Positions 52,011 through 61,258 of a DNA stretch of 64,000 nucleotides are shown in pieces. Position 1 is the stretch's first letter, and the number at the start of each line of letters is the position of its first letter. Below the pieces are notes generated by a model that worked only from the letters and a program-made list of their open reading frames with translations, ran no database searches and was not told where the DNA came from. Location of the stretch: positions 112,116-176,115 of the IMG/VR virus record IMGVR_UViG_3300010373_001364, one strand, 5' to 3'. This DNA is from a virus (lineage: Duplodnaviria > Heunggongvirae > Uroviricota > Caudoviricetes). The position numbers were made by a program, and so were the translations under genes.

Positions 52011-53081
52011 GTGCCAGTCAGCTTAGAATCGGCAGGCGATCACTGTTTTGACATGCCCCACCTGCGGCGGTCAGGCGCAGAAGATTTAATCCAACTTATG
52101 TTGGAGAAAGCTGGATTCTACGAGCAGGTTCCCTGGAGGGTTAGGGTCAACGAGAAACAGCAGTGTTCGGGTATGACACCGCCTATCTCTGTAATTCGAT
52201 ACAAGGAGTGGGGCGTATTTATCAGGATTAAACCCGGAGACAACAACACCTGCCACAATGTTACACTCATCATTCCAGTCGGACTCAAAGCCAATGAAGT
52301 ATACCAAAAGCTGAAAACCATCGAGAAATCTTTCAACCGCAACTGGAGAAAGGTGGAGAACACCGTGCCAGTACCTACCCTCAACGGCTTCAATGGCGTG
52401 AGTGAGATTGGTGACGACACTTCACTAGACGCTGCCGAAGCAGTTTTACAGGAGGAACTGCTCAATGAAGAGGCGGTCGAAAACAAGAGACTTGATGTCC
52501 AGTCTTTCTTGTCGAACAACGACAACATCAAAGCCATCTGTCTCAGCATTCATGCGATGGAGACGACAGACTACGCCAGTAGAAAAGATACCTCGCAGTT
52601 CATGTCCTCCATCTGCCAAAATCTAAGCATCTCCCTAACTGGTCGCCAGGGAGGTTCGATGATGCGGAGCATCATGAATCGTGGACTTGCCAGAAAGGTC
52701 CATGAAGGCAAGTATCATGTTGGTTATCTCCTTACCCGTAAAGGAAAGGACTTGATCAAGGATGACCTTCTTCCTTCTCAGCCCCCGATTGCGAGTGTTG
52801 CGAAGGAAGAAGAGGTTGTAGCTGTGGTCGAGGCTGGGAAGAAGCAGCCCGAACCCCTGAAGACGAATCGTGCTGATCTTATTCTTAAGATCGGTCCCAT
52901 CGCTCAGGACATTTCCCACGCCTCTGCGAGGCTCAAGGAGATTGGCGTCGAGCGTGGTGAACATCAGAAGAAGATCGAAGCGCTCGACAAGGAGGAACAG
53001 GAGATTTGTGAACTTTTGGAAAGCGAGGAGATCGAAAGGTTTCTCGCGGATCTGGTTGACATCAAACTGAAACCCAAGTGA
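52011..53081 (+). CDS. hypothetical protein with C-terminal coiled coil (356 aa)
   Basis: GGAG RBS 6 nt before GTG 52011. C-terminal charged heptad-like region (KEIGVERGEHQKKIEALDKEEQEICELLESEEIERF). Confidence 0.5.
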   Translation: MPVSLESAGDHCFDMPHLRRSGAEDLIQLMLEKAGFYEQVPWRVRVNEKQQCSGMTPPISVIRYKEWGVFIRIKPGDNNTCHNVTLIIPVGLKANEVYQKLKTIEKSFNRNWRKVENTVPVPTLNGFNGVSEIGDDTSLDAAEAVLQEELLNEEAVENKRLDVQSFLSNNDNIKAICLSIHAMETTDYASRKDTSQFMSSICQNLSISLTGRQGGSMMRSIMNRGLARKVHEGKYHVGYLLTRKGKDLIKDDLLPSQPPIASVAKEEEVVAVVEAGKKQPEPLKTNRADLILKIGPIAQDISHASARLKEIGVERGEHQKKIEALDKEEQEICELLESEEIERFLADLVDIKLKPK

Positions 53082-53087
53082 GGTACA

Positions 53088-53420
53088 ATGTCCGCAACAG
53101 TTGATAAAATCATGGCGAAAAGAGAAGAGAAGCTCAAGGCGGCAATCAAGGCACTTGGCGGCGGCAAGAACAAGATCGCTGAGTCCTTGAAGGCTAAGAA
53201 GATCAAGGGCGTCCGTGGCTCTACAGAGGATTGTCCCTTCGCCCACTACGCCGGCAAGGTTTTTCCCAAAGCTTCTTGTGTTGAGGTGGACGTTGACACC
53301 ATCTCTGTCGGTTTCGACAATGGTGAGTTCATTGACTTGAATCTTCCGAAGGCTGTCACCGCCTTTATCGAGGCTTTCGATGATGGTGAGTACGACTTCC
53401 TCGCCAAAGAAGAGGAGTAA
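53088..53420 (+). CDS. hypothetical protein (110 aa)
   Basis: Lys-rich N-terminus, acidic C-terminus. Confidence 0.5.
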   Translation: MSATVDKIMAKREEKLKAAIKALGGGKNKIAESLKAKKIKGVRGSTEDCPFAHYAGKVFPKASCVEVDVDTISVGFDNGEFIDLNLPKAVTAFIEAFDDGEYDFLAKEEE

Positions 53421-53421
53421 G

Positions 53422-54942
53422 ATGTACGACTTGTCAATCAAGATGGCAGGGGAGTGGGAAGGGCACCATCTCATCAATGGTAAGTTTCCCAAGACGAAGT
53501 GTGAAGTTTCTAAGGTCAACCCGGCTAATGGGAAGCATCTGGGTTTCTTCCCCTACGCCACTCCCCAGCAAGTTGCTGATGCCGTTTGCGTTGCGCATAA
53601 CGCTTGGCATCAGTGGAAAAAAATGAGTCGAGTCAAAAGGTCTGATCTCTTCTTTGAACTCGCCAAGCTCGTCCAGCGTGACCAAAAGATCCTTGCTGAG
53701 ATTATCTCTCTGGAAACGGGTAAGAACCTCAACGAGGCGCACGCTGAGGTTGTGGAGTCTCTTCATATGTGCCAGTGGGTTGCCGCCCAAGGACGACAAC
53801 CCTGCGGTGACTGGATGGCTTCTGAAATTGCCGCTAAGGATGCTTATGTCATTCGTAAACCGCGTGGTGTGGTAGCGGTCATTAGTCCTTGGAACTTCCC
53901 TCTCGCCATTGGAAGTTTCTGGACAACTGGTCCGGCGCTTCTTGAGGGCAATGTGGTCGTCCACAAGCCCTCTGAGTTGACGCCTTTCACTGCCGAGTAT
54001 GCAGCCCGGCTCTATGTGGAGGCGGGTTTTCCGGCTGGGGTGTATAACCTCATTCATGGTGATGGCTCTGTAGGTGCTACCCTTGCCAGTATGGAGTTCG
54101 TCAGATCCATATTGTTTACGGGTAGCGCAAAGGTGGGACAACTGATTCGTGGTGTTTGCGCCAGTAGATTCGACCGCAATTGCAGCACCGAGACGGGCAG
54201 CAAGTCTGCCACCATCCTTTTCGCTGATGGCAATAAGGAGTTGGCACTTGAGGCAATGCTCGCCAGCGCATTCAAGTTGTCTGGTCAAAGATGTGTTTCT
54301 TCTGGTCGTCTGTTGATTCAAGAAGGTATCTACGACGACTTCTGTGAGAGATTTGTGTCACTTGTCAGGGAAGTTGCCACCTGTGGTGATCCATTTGAGT
54401 CACCAGTTCCCTATTATGGACCTTTGATTAACGAGAAGCAGCGACATCGTGTTGAGGAATACAACAACCTCGCAACCGGACTCGATGGCATCAAGGTGTT
54501 ACTCCAGGGTGCCCGGCTGGACCGCCCCGGTTACTACCTGACTCCGCACGTCTACCAAGCCGCGTGGGAGAGTGAGTGGACAGGGGCTATCCGTCGCAAG
54601 ATACTCACCGAGGAGGTGTTTGGACCCCATGTGGCGCTGATCCCCTTCCGCGATGTTTACGATGCTGTGAACATCTATAACGACACCGAGTATGGTTTAG
54701 CAGTTGGTGTCATCACCAGCGATTTCCGCAAGATGCGGATCATGCGGGAGGAGTGTAACGCTGGTATGATCTACATGAATGGTGGCTCAATTGCTGCGGA
54801 ATCACACCTTCCATTTGGGGGAGTCAATAAATCCGGCAATGGAATGAAGACGGCAGCAGGCACCTACAGGACAGTCACCGATGAGGTAGCCGTTACCGTG
54901 AATTACGAACATGGCATAACTTGGGCACAAGGTATGCACTGA
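53422..54942 (+). CDS. NAD(P)-dependent aldehyde dehydrogenase family protein
   Basis: 506 aa. ALDH hallmarks VISPWNFP, GSAKVG, FKLSGQRCVSSGRLL (catalytic Cys), ESHLPFGGVNKSGNG (glutamate/EL(P)FGG motif). Confidence 0.85.
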   Translation: MYDLSIKMAGEWEGHHLINGKFPKTKCEVSKVNPANGKHLGFFPYATPQQVADAVCVAHNAWHQWKKMSRVKRSDLFFELAKLVQRDQKILAEIISLETGKNLNEAHAEVVESLHMCQWVAAQGRQPCGDWMASEIAAKDAYVIRKPRGVVAVISPWNFPLAIGSFWTTGPALLEGNVVVHKPSELTPFTAEYAARLYVEAGFPAGVYNLIHGDGSVGATLASMEFVRSILFTGSAKVGQLIRGVCASRFDRNCSTETGSKSATILFADGNKELALEAMLASAFKLSGQRCVSSGRLLIQEGIYDDFCERFVSLVREVATCGDPFESPVPYYGPLINEKQRHRVEEYNNLATGLDGIKVLLQGARLDRPGYYLTPHVYQAAWESEWTGAIRRKILTEEVFGPHVALIPFRDVYDAVNIYNDTEYGLAVGVITSDFRKMRIMREECNAGMIYMNGGSIAAESHLPFGGVNKSGNGMKTAAGTYRTVTDEVAVTVNYEHGITWAQGMH

Positions 54943-54984
54943 GAAAACTTAAGATTGATTTCATTCACGAAATAAGGAGTTCCA

Positions 54985-55107
54985 ATGCCGGATGATATGG
55001 GCTGGGGCATGGCGCGGGCTGTTTTTGGTGGTATCGGTTGCTTAATACTCTTTTTTGTGCTGTTCCTTATCGCCATTGCTTTCATGATAGGGACACATTA
55101 CCAATGA
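54985..55107 (+). CDS. small membrane protein (40 aa)
   Basis: AAGGAG RBS. TM GGIGCLILFFVLFLIAIAFMI. ATGA-coupled to the next gene. Confidence 0.35.
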   Translation: MPDDMGWGMARAVFGGIGCLILFFVLFLIAIAFMIGTHYQ

Positions 55108-55433
55108 ACGATCCCGTTTGCGGTGTCTGCGGAGACACTGGCTATGTCTGGGGTGATCCAAAGAACGGCGAGTGCGGTTGTGTGGATCATAGTGTCGATG
55201 ATCGTTACGTCAAGTGGACTGATGATGGACCTGATGGAGAGTTCATTACTCTGGAAGTGACCTGTCGAGGCTGCGGCAAGAGAGAGATCGCCAAGGATGA
55301 AACGGTAGCTGATTGCTGGTGGCAAATAGATCAACTTTGTAGGTGGGACACCAATGAAATCCGTTGTGAAAAGTGCAGAGATTATTGCGGTGAAGACGGA
55401 GAAGAAGCCGGACGAGGTGACTACTTTAATTGA
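55104..55433 (+). CDS. Cys-rich (zinc-ribbon-like) protein (109 aa)
   Basis: CGVCGDTGY, CGCVDH, CRGCGK, CEKCRDYCGEDGEE. Confidence 0.5.
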   Translation: MNDPVCGVCGDTGYVWGDPKNGECGCVDHSVDDRYVKWTDDGPDGEFITLEVTCRGCGKREIAKDETVADCWWQIDQLCRWDTNEIRCEKCRDYCGEDGEEAGRGDYFN

Positions 55434-55623
55434 GATTACCCCGCAGGTCGAGATGGCTATCGAGGACGGTTTTATCCGTGTCTGGTGCCCCGGCAGGGAG
55501 ATCCGCATTGGTCCTCTAACGGAACACCAAGTCTCTGTCCTTGAGGACGATATAGGTTACGCATTATCTCAGGCATTATCTCAGGAGGAAAACTGTGACG
55601 AACGGGACGAACGGAGAGCTTGA
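55417..55623 (+). CDS. hypothetical small protein (start uncertain)
   Basis: GTG 55417 or ATG 55453. Contains a tandem 12-nt repeat encoding ALSQALSQ. Confidence 0.3.
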   Translation: MTTLIEITPQVEMAIEDGFIRVWCPGREIRIGPLTEHQVSVLEDDIGYALSQALSQEENCDERDERRA

Positions 55624-55858
55624 GGAGAACTGGAGAAAATACGGTGTTGAGATTGGAGGTAAAGTCCATCCCCTTAAAGACAAGTTTGTTATGTGTTGGG
55701 GGTGGCATGACGGCTGGGGAGGTTTACTCTTTGACGTAGGTGACTGGAGTGGCGAGTCTTACTCCTTCATTGCCAAAGACGACAATCTCATTGCCGTGAA
55801 TCCAGAGAACCACACGGAAACCCGCCTCATGGGGAAGCTGGTGTTACTGGAAGGTTGA
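55595..55858 (+). CDS. hypothetical protein (87 aa)
   Basis: AGGAGG RBS then GTG. Trp/Gly-rich. Confidence 0.45.
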   Translation: MTNGTNGELEENWRKYGVEIGGKVHPLKDKFVMCWGWHDGWGGLLFDVGDWSGESYSFIAKDDNLIAVNPENHTETRLMGKLVLLEG

Positions 55859-55860
55859 TC

Positions 55861-55890
55861 AAAACCCCCGCACCAGCGGGGGTTTTTGTT
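55861..55890. terminator. bidirectional rho-independent terminator
   Basis: AAAACCCCCGC-ACCA-GCGGGGGTTTT: 7-bp GC core stem with A-tract upstream and T-tract downstream. Confidence 0.65.
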
Positions 55891-55917
55891 GCGCTTGAAC
55901 TAGGTACAACTTTAAGA

Positions 55918-56682
55918 ATGACAAGAGCAAGAGGAACGCCCCTGTATGGCAACTGTGTTATCACAGCGCCTGATGGTCAGCCATTATGTAGGACCAGCGA
56001 ATCCAAGGTCCAGTGGTATGTTGAGCGTAACCTGGGCGAAGTTGTTTCACGTCATCCCACTACCTTAAGGTTGTTCTTTGAACCGAAGGGCAGGGATGGT
56101 GCGGATCATCCATACACCACAGCAGAGAAGGAGAACATCTGCGTGGTGTGCGGGTCAAAAGAAGACATCACCCGTCACCATGTAGTTCCCAGGTGTTTTC
56201 GTAAGCATTTCCCCATTGAAAGAAAAGAACACGCCATCCACGACGTACTTATTTTGTGTATAAAGTGTCACAATGAGTACGAAGACCATGCCTTCAAGCT
56301 GAAGCAGAGGATTTCTGACGAGACAGGTATCCCTATTGGTGGATGTGGATACCGTGTCAACAAGGAATACTATGGTGTGAGAACGGCGGCTCACGCCCTG
56401 TACGGTAGCTATGATAAGATTCCCGAACCAAGGCGAACAGAGTTGCTGAATAGGCTTCGTGATTTCTTCGGCAAGCAAGAGATTACGAAAGAAGACATGA
56501 TCTACGCCGGCAAGATAGACTTGGTAGTTGCTGACCCAGACTTCAAGCCTTTCGGTCAGGTGGTGGTGGAGCAGCTTGAAAGCATCGATGAGTTTATACT
56601 TCAATGGAGAAGGCACTTCATTGAGGTCATGAAGCCAAAACACCTACCGGCTTTTTGGAGCGTTGATAACGCACTGAGATAA
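55918..56682 (+). CDS. HNH-family endonuclease (free-standing, homing-endonuclease-like)
   Basis: CVVCGSKEDITRHHVVPRCFRKHF...ILCIKCHNEYEDH: HNH motif with zinc-binding Cys pairs. ATG 55918 downstream of the terminator. Confidence 0.75.
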   Translation: MTRARGTPLYGNCVITAPDGQPLCRTSESKVQWYVERNLGEVVSRHPTTLRLFFEPKGRDGADHPYTTAEKENICVVCGSKEDITRHHVVPRCFRKHFPIERKEHAIHDVLILCIKCHNEYEDHAFKLKQRISDETGIPIGGCGYRVNKEYYGVRTAAHALYGSYDKIPEPRRTELLNRLRDFFGKQEITKEDMIYAGKIDLVVADPDFKPFGQVVVEQLESIDEFILQWRRHFIEVMKPKHLPAFWSVDNALR

Positions 56683-56779
56683 CAACAACTCGACTTGAAG
56701 AATGAGATATGGACAGGTATTTTATACTTTCCCGGCTCATGATCGATCAGGCAGTTTCATAAAGAAAGGGGCAACGAGC

Positions 56780-57052
56780 ATGTACCGATGTGATAGTTGC
56801 GGCAAGTGTGTGCCACCCAAGACGCCCTGTAAAAGGGTGGTGGTCAAGAAGATGAGGTTCCTACACCCGGAGCGACCGCGTGCCAAGAAGGGGGTGGCGA
56901 TCCTTAAGAACGGCAAGAAGAAGATGGTATGGATACCGGACCCTGGCGGCTGGGGCGACCAGATCGCACAGGAGTCGAGGATGTGCCCTCGCTGTGCTTC
57001 GACCTGGGAGAAGGAACAGAGGGAAATGATGAAGCAACCTATGTCTGCGTGA
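56780..57052 (+). CDS. zinc-ribbon protein (90 aa)
   Basis: AAAGGGG RBS. CDSCGKC ... CPRCAS. Confidence 0.5.
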   Translation: MYRCDSCGKCVPPKTPCKRVVVKKMRFLHPERPRAKKGVAILKNGKKKMVWIPDPGGWGDQIAQESRMCPRCASTWEKEQREMMKQPMSA

Positions 57053-57078
57053 GACATAGGCTCCTTTGTTGAGTGGAG

Positions 57079-57118
57079 AACGCAATCAGGGTAAAAACCT
57101 GATTGCGTTTTCTTTTTG
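57079..57118 (+). terminator. rho-independent terminator
   Basis: 12-bp stem AACGCAATCAGG/CCTGATTGCGTT, loop GTAAAAA, then TTCTTTTTG. Confidence 0.7.
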
Positions 57119-57137
57119 ATAGAGGTAGCATCAGGAC

Positions 57138-58025
57138 ATGAGTTGGATCAGGAACGAAGCCACCGTCAGGGTCGCAAAGCTTTTTGAGGAGATCCTTGGT
57201 CCTCATGCGAGGTGTCCCTTTAACTTGAGTGGCGGTGAGCAGAAACTTCGTAACTACATGATTGATTATGTTGTATCAATCGTGAAGAAAAAGATACGCC
57301 GCCTATCTGTTGGTGAGAGCATGTCCGATCTTGACGCCATTAACGAGGCGTGGGCAATGAGTGAGCCTCAGTTCCGCGACTCCATTAAGAAGCCACCCCA
57401 GAACGGCTGTGTCATTGATCCAACAGACTTTACTCCAATGAGGAATGATGTCTTGAGTACCCCCTTTGTCAATCTCGACATCCTTGATGATCAACTCAAG
57501 GAGATGATCTCTTATGCCGCCATGAAAACCAGAGAGATCGTAGGTAAACATGACTGGTTAAATGGCGCGCACTCTATGACACTTAACTCCCGTATCGGGC
57601 ACTTTGTCACCAACCTACGCCGCGATCTAACTGTTTTCATCTCTAAGCTCCCTGACGACATCAAAGATACAGCCAGTCACAATATGACGCTGAGGCGTTT
57701 TCTGGCAAAATTCTTTGAGCCTGGGATGTGGCTTGATGTCGCCGAGCCAAGGATCTATGGTTCCTATGGCAGTGACGGTTGGAGATTTTCCTGCGTTTAC
57801 AACAATCGACTCTGGAGAATGGATGGTGCGCGCATGGCAGAACTTTGCAACAGGGCAGTTACTCTGTCTCCTGACCAACAAACGAGCAGGGACATCGAAG
57901 ATTCTCTTGCTGCTTTGCAGAGAGAGATGTATCCTTTGAGAAGTAGTGTCGAGAAGATGGATCAGATCAATCGTGAATCTGATCAGATCATCGGAAATCT
58001 TTGTGCTATCGCGGAGGGAAGATAA
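57138..58025 (+). CDS. hypothetical protein (295 aa)
   Basis: No motif recognised. Confidence 0.55.
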   Translation: MSWIRNEATVRVAKLFEEILGPHARCPFNLSGGEQKLRNYMIDYVVSIVKKKIRRLSVGESMSDLDAINEAWAMSEPQFRDSIKKPPQNGCVIDPTDFTPMRNDVLSTPFVNLDILDDQLKEMISYAAMKTREIVGKHDWLNGAHSMTLNSRIGHFVTNLRRDLTVFISKLPDDIKDTASHNMTLRRFLAKFFEPGMWLDVAEPRIYGSYGSDGWRFSCVYNNRLWRMDGARMAELCNRAVTLSPDQQTSRDIEDSLAALQREMYPLRSSVEKMDQINRESDQIIGNLCAIAEGR

Positions 58026-58357
58026 TGGCAGAGCATGTGAATGCCCATATCAGCAGACTGACCGAGCTTCTGGGTTTTGATCCAGGCAAGAAAGACCACA
58101 TCACCGCCGACGCCTTCAAGGAGGTGGTCGAGGAGATCAAAGCTGAACGCCAAAAGTCGATCAAGGAGAAGGCAAAGACCCAGCTTGTCCGTCTGATGGA
58201 GATGCGCGATCAGAAGGAGAAGGTGGACCGTGAGTATGCTTCTGCATCGAAGAAGTGGGACAAGGAAGCGGGCAAGATGCTGCGAGGCATCGAGGCGATG
58301 CTGACCGGCAAGCCCGTCGAGGATGAGAACGAGAAGAAGGAAGAGGCTTCGATGTGA
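58025..58357 (+). CDS. hypothetical coiled-coil protein (110 aa)
   Basis: TAATG-coupled. Lys/Glu-rich heptad character. Confidence 0.5.
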   Translation: MAEHVNAHISRLTELLGFDPGKKDHITADAFKEVVEEIKAERQKSIKEKAKTQLVRLMEMRDQKEKVDREYASASKKWDKEAGKMLRGIEAMLTGKPVEDENEKKEEASM

Positions 58358-58363
58358 AAGGGA

Positions 58364-58406
58364 CATAAGGGCAGTAGGGGTTGTAGGTGACTCTACTGCC
58401 CTTATG
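58364..58406 (+). promoter_or_regulatory. 14-bp perfect stem hairpin without U-tract
   Basis: CATAAGGGCAGTAG-(15 nt)-CTACTGCCCTTATG between the coiled-coil gene and the GGCT gene. Confidence 0.3.
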
Positions 58407-58489
58407 GATTGCGGAACTTGTTGTCAGACAACGACTTCCATCCCAGGTTTTGCGATGGATCTGGTTTTCTGAGTTTTCGTGCAGGTGTT

Positions 58490-58867
58490 ATGGAGAAGGA
58501 TCATTTCGTCTTTGTGTATGGCACGCTTAAGCGTGGTCAGAGTAACCACGGCTGGCTGTGCAAGTCCTACTTCGTTAAAGAAGCCAGGACCGCCAAGAAG
58601 TACCTTCTGTACGACCTTGGACCTTATCCCTGCCTGGTGGCTGCACCACACGGCAAGGGCAAACACATCAACGGCGAACTGTATCAGGTTACAGAGAGTG
58701 TTCTCCGGGGTCTTGACACCCTTGAGGGCGTAGGGTACGGACTTTACGAGCGCGTAAGGATAAAGCTGCTCGACACAAAAGAACCAGTCTGGGGATATCT
58801 CTATCTCCGAGACGTATCTCGACTACAAGAGGCAGGAGACTCTTGGAGCGAAAGTGAGGATAAATGA
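58490..58867 (+). CDS. Gamma-glutamyl cyclotransferase-like (AIG2/GGCT fold) protein
   Basis: FVYGTLKRGQSNH (YGSL/TLxxG GGCT signature). Conserved Glu-containing C-terminal half (GELYQV). Confidence 0.75.
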   Translation: MEKDHFVFVYGTLKRGQSNHGWLCKSYFVKEARTAKKYLLYDLGPYPCLVAAPHGKGKHINGELYQVTESVLRGLDTLEGVGYGLYERVRIKLLDTKEPVWGYLYLRDVSRLQEAGDSWSESEDK

Positions 58868-60819
58868 TAGGTTTGGCGATTACGGCTGGTGTGATTCTTT
58901 TTGTGGTCTTGTTTGTCGCGTGGCTGTTTATCCGCGTGATCGGCAACGACGAGGTTGGAGTCGTGGAGCGCTGCTGGTCTGCTGTTGGCTCCTTAAAGGA
59001 GGGCGACATCATTGCCCTCAAGGGTGAAGCTGGCTATGAGGGCGATGTTCTGCGTGGTGGTCTTCATTTCGGTTTGTGGCGCTGGCAGTTCAGCGTCCAC
59101 AAGACCAAGCTGATTACCATTCGCCAGGGGAAGATTGGTTACATCTTTTCCCGCGTTGGTAAGCCTCTTGAGCCGGGTCAAACACTTGCCAAGGTAGTCT
59201 CTTGTAATGACTACCAGAACGTCAAGTCGTTCCTTGAGGCGGATGGTCAAAAAGGTCGTCAGCGTGCCATCCTTCGTGAAGGTGTGTATGCTATTAACCT
59301 CGCCGCTTTCAGTGTGATCACTGAGGATAGTGTCTACTCTATCATCAGAGATAAGAACCTTGACGAGTGGAAGAACGCTCTATCCTCCATTCACGGATTC
59401 GATCCGGTAGTGGTCGGTGGTGGTCACGATAACATTGCCATTGTCACCGTCCACGATGGTCCTTCTTTGCCTCCTGGCGAGATCATTGCCCCGGCAGTTG
59501 GCACCAATCGTGAGGATGTGGGCTATCACAACAACTACCAAGACATTGAGAAGTTCTTGTCTGCTGGTGGTATGCGTGGTCTTCAGTACGCAACCCTCAT
59601 CGACGGCACCTACTTCATCAACCGCTGGTTCGCTACGGTCGAGTACATTAACAAGGAAGTGGTCGAGATCGGCAACGTCGGCGTTGTCGTTAGCTACTAC
59701 GGCAAGGCTGGCAAGGACACCAGCGGTACGACCTTCCGCCACGGCGAGCGTGTCCATGAGGGCGAGCGTGGTGTATGGGAGACGACTCTGGGACCGGGCA
59801 AGTATCCGTTCAACACCTATGCCGGCAAGATCATTCGCGTACCTACGACGAACTTCGTGCTGCACTGGATCACTGGCAAGAGCGAAGGTCACAGATACGA
59901 TGAGAGCCTGAAGTCTATCGAGTTGATCACCAAGGACGCTTACGAGCCGTCTCTTCCACTGTCCGTGGTGGTTCACATCGACTACCAAAAGGCTCCGAAC
60001 GTCATCCAACGCTTCGGCGATGTCAAGCAGCTTATCACCCAGACGCTTGACCCGCTACTGTCTGCTTACTTCCGTGATGTGGCTCACCAGAAGACCATGC
60101 TGGAACTGGTTCATAGCCGTGATGAAATTCAGAAGCAGGCGCGTGACGAGTTGCGTACCAAGTTCCGCGACTTTGATATTGAGTGCGTTGATGTTTTGAT
60201 CGGCAAACCAGATTCCACCGGGGATGACGGTAAGATCGAGAGCTTGCTTGAGCAGCTTCGTTTGCGTAACTTGTCGATTGAACAGATCAAGACCTTCAAT
60301 CAACAAGAAGAGGCTGCTAAGAAGCAGCAGTCTTTGAACGAAGCTATCGCCAAGGCTGAGATGCAGACATCTCTGTCTGAGTCGAAGGTGAAGATCGAAA
60401 TCGCCGCGAATGAGGCTGATGCTGAACTTCAGCGTGCCCACAAGGACGCCGAGAAGACTGTTGTCCTTGCCAAGGCGCGTTCTGAGCAGTCCATCCTTGA
60501 AGGTCAAGGCGATGCCAAGAAGATCAACAGCGTTGGTCTTGCCGAGGCTGATGTCCTTCGCCAGAAGATCGCCTCCTTCGGTGACAGTCAGTTGTATGCC
60601 CTGAGCGTGATTGCTTCCAGTCTTTCCCAGAGCAAGCAACCGTTGGTGCCGAGCATCATGAGTGGCGACGGCAAGCACAATAACATGCTTGACGTGTTGA
60701 TGACCTTGCTTGTCAGTGAGAAGTCGGGCATCCGCTCCTTGGGGAACAACGATCCCAGGATCGTTGAGACTGCTCATTCCCCCAAGGTCGCTGATGCAGT
60801 TTCTGTCAGCAAGAATTGA
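58864..60819 (+). CDS. SPFH/band-7 domain protein (flotillin/YqiK-like) with N-terminal TM helix
   Basis: ATGA-coupled. TM LAITAGVILFVVLFVAWLFI. SPFH core. Long Ala/Glu/Lys coiled-coil (EAAKKQQSLNEAIAKAEMQ...AEADVLRQKIASFG). Confidence 0.7.
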   Translation: MIGLAITAGVILFVVLFVAWLFIRVIGNDEVGVVERCWSAVGSLKEGDIIALKGEAGYEGDVLRGGLHFGLWRWQFSVHKTKLITIRQGKIGYIFSRVGKPLEPGQTLAKVVSCNDYQNVKSFLEADGQKGRQRAILREGVYAINLAAFSVITEDSVYSIIRDKNLDEWKNALSSIHGFDPVVVGGGHDNIAIVTVHDGPSLPPGEIIAPAVGTNREDVGYHNNYQDIEKFLSAGGMRGLQYATLIDGTYFINRWFATVEYINKEVVEIGNVGVVVSYYGKAGKDTSGTTFRHGERVHEGERGVWETTLGPGKYPFNTYAGKIIRVPTTNFVLHWITGKSEGHRYDESLKSIELITKDAYEPSLPLSVVVHIDYQKAPNVIQRFGDVKQLITQTLDPLLSAYFRDVAHQKTMLELVHSRDEIQKQARDELRTKFRDFDIECVDVLIGKPDSTGDDGKIESLLEQLRLRNLSIEQIKTFNQQEEAAKKQQSLNEAIAKAEMQTSLSESKVKIEIAANEADAELQRAHKDAEKTVVLAKARSEQSILEGQGDAKKINSVGLAEADVLRQKIASFGDSQLYALSVIASSLSQSKQPLVPSIMSGDGKHNNMLDVLMTLLVSEKSGIRSLGNNDPRIVETAHSPKVADAVSVSKN

Positions 60820-60837
60820 TAGCTGATGGTTCAGCAG

Positions 60838-60878
60838 AGGGGGAGGAGGCGATAGTAACCTCCTCCCCCTTTCTTTTT
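60838..60878 (+). terminator. rho-independent terminator
   Basis: 12-bp stem AGGGGGAGGAGG/CCTCCTCCCCCT, loop CGATAGTAA, then TTCTTTTT. Confidence 0.7.
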
Positions 60879-60888
60879 GGAGAAGACC

Positions 60889-61140
60889 ATGAGAAAGATG
60901 TGTCATGATTGCCCGCACAAGAGAGAGCATGAGGCGGGCGATTCAATTGTTTATGTCGTCTCGGAAGATAGGAAGCCGCACCCTTGTCACAACGCCCCGC
61001 AGCTTTCCTGTATCGGACATCAAAAGCAGCTTGACAACATTCGGAACAATGTCTATCAGCCGGAAGATTTCCAAGAGGCAGTGATGTTCAAGGGCAAGTT
61101 CGTGTCGAGATTGAGGAGCGTTATCAATGACGGCAATTGA
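60889..61140 (+). CDS. hypothetical His/Cys-containing protein (83 aa)
   Basis: ATG 60889 after the terminator. CHDCPHKREHE...HPCHNAPQLSCIGH. Confidence 0.45.
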   Translation: MRKMCHDCPHKREHEAGDSIVYVVSEDRKPHPCHNAPQLSCIGHQKQLDNIRNNVYQPEDFQEAVMFKGKFVSRLRSVINDGN

Positions 61141-61258
61141 AAGCGGTTTCCGCTGCCTACCCCTGGAAAAACTATCTAATCTCCTCCGTCAAGTTGACGC
61201 AGGTGCAGTGGTTGATAGAGGACCAGAGAGTGTGCTGGCTACAGGCTATGGCTGAATT

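Noticed and set aside
52635-53519. 294-aa minus-strand ORF
   Set aside because: Antisense to ORFs 52011 and 53088, which have RBS/promoter support on the + strand.
53434-54321. 295-aa minus-strand ORF
   Set aside because: Antisense to the aldehyde dehydrogenase gene, whose frame contains all ALDH catalytic motifs.
60055-60930. 291-aa minus-strand ORF
   Set aside because: Antisense to the SPFH/flotillin-like gene (Leu-rich because it is the reverse of a Glu/Lys/Ala coiled-coil coding region).
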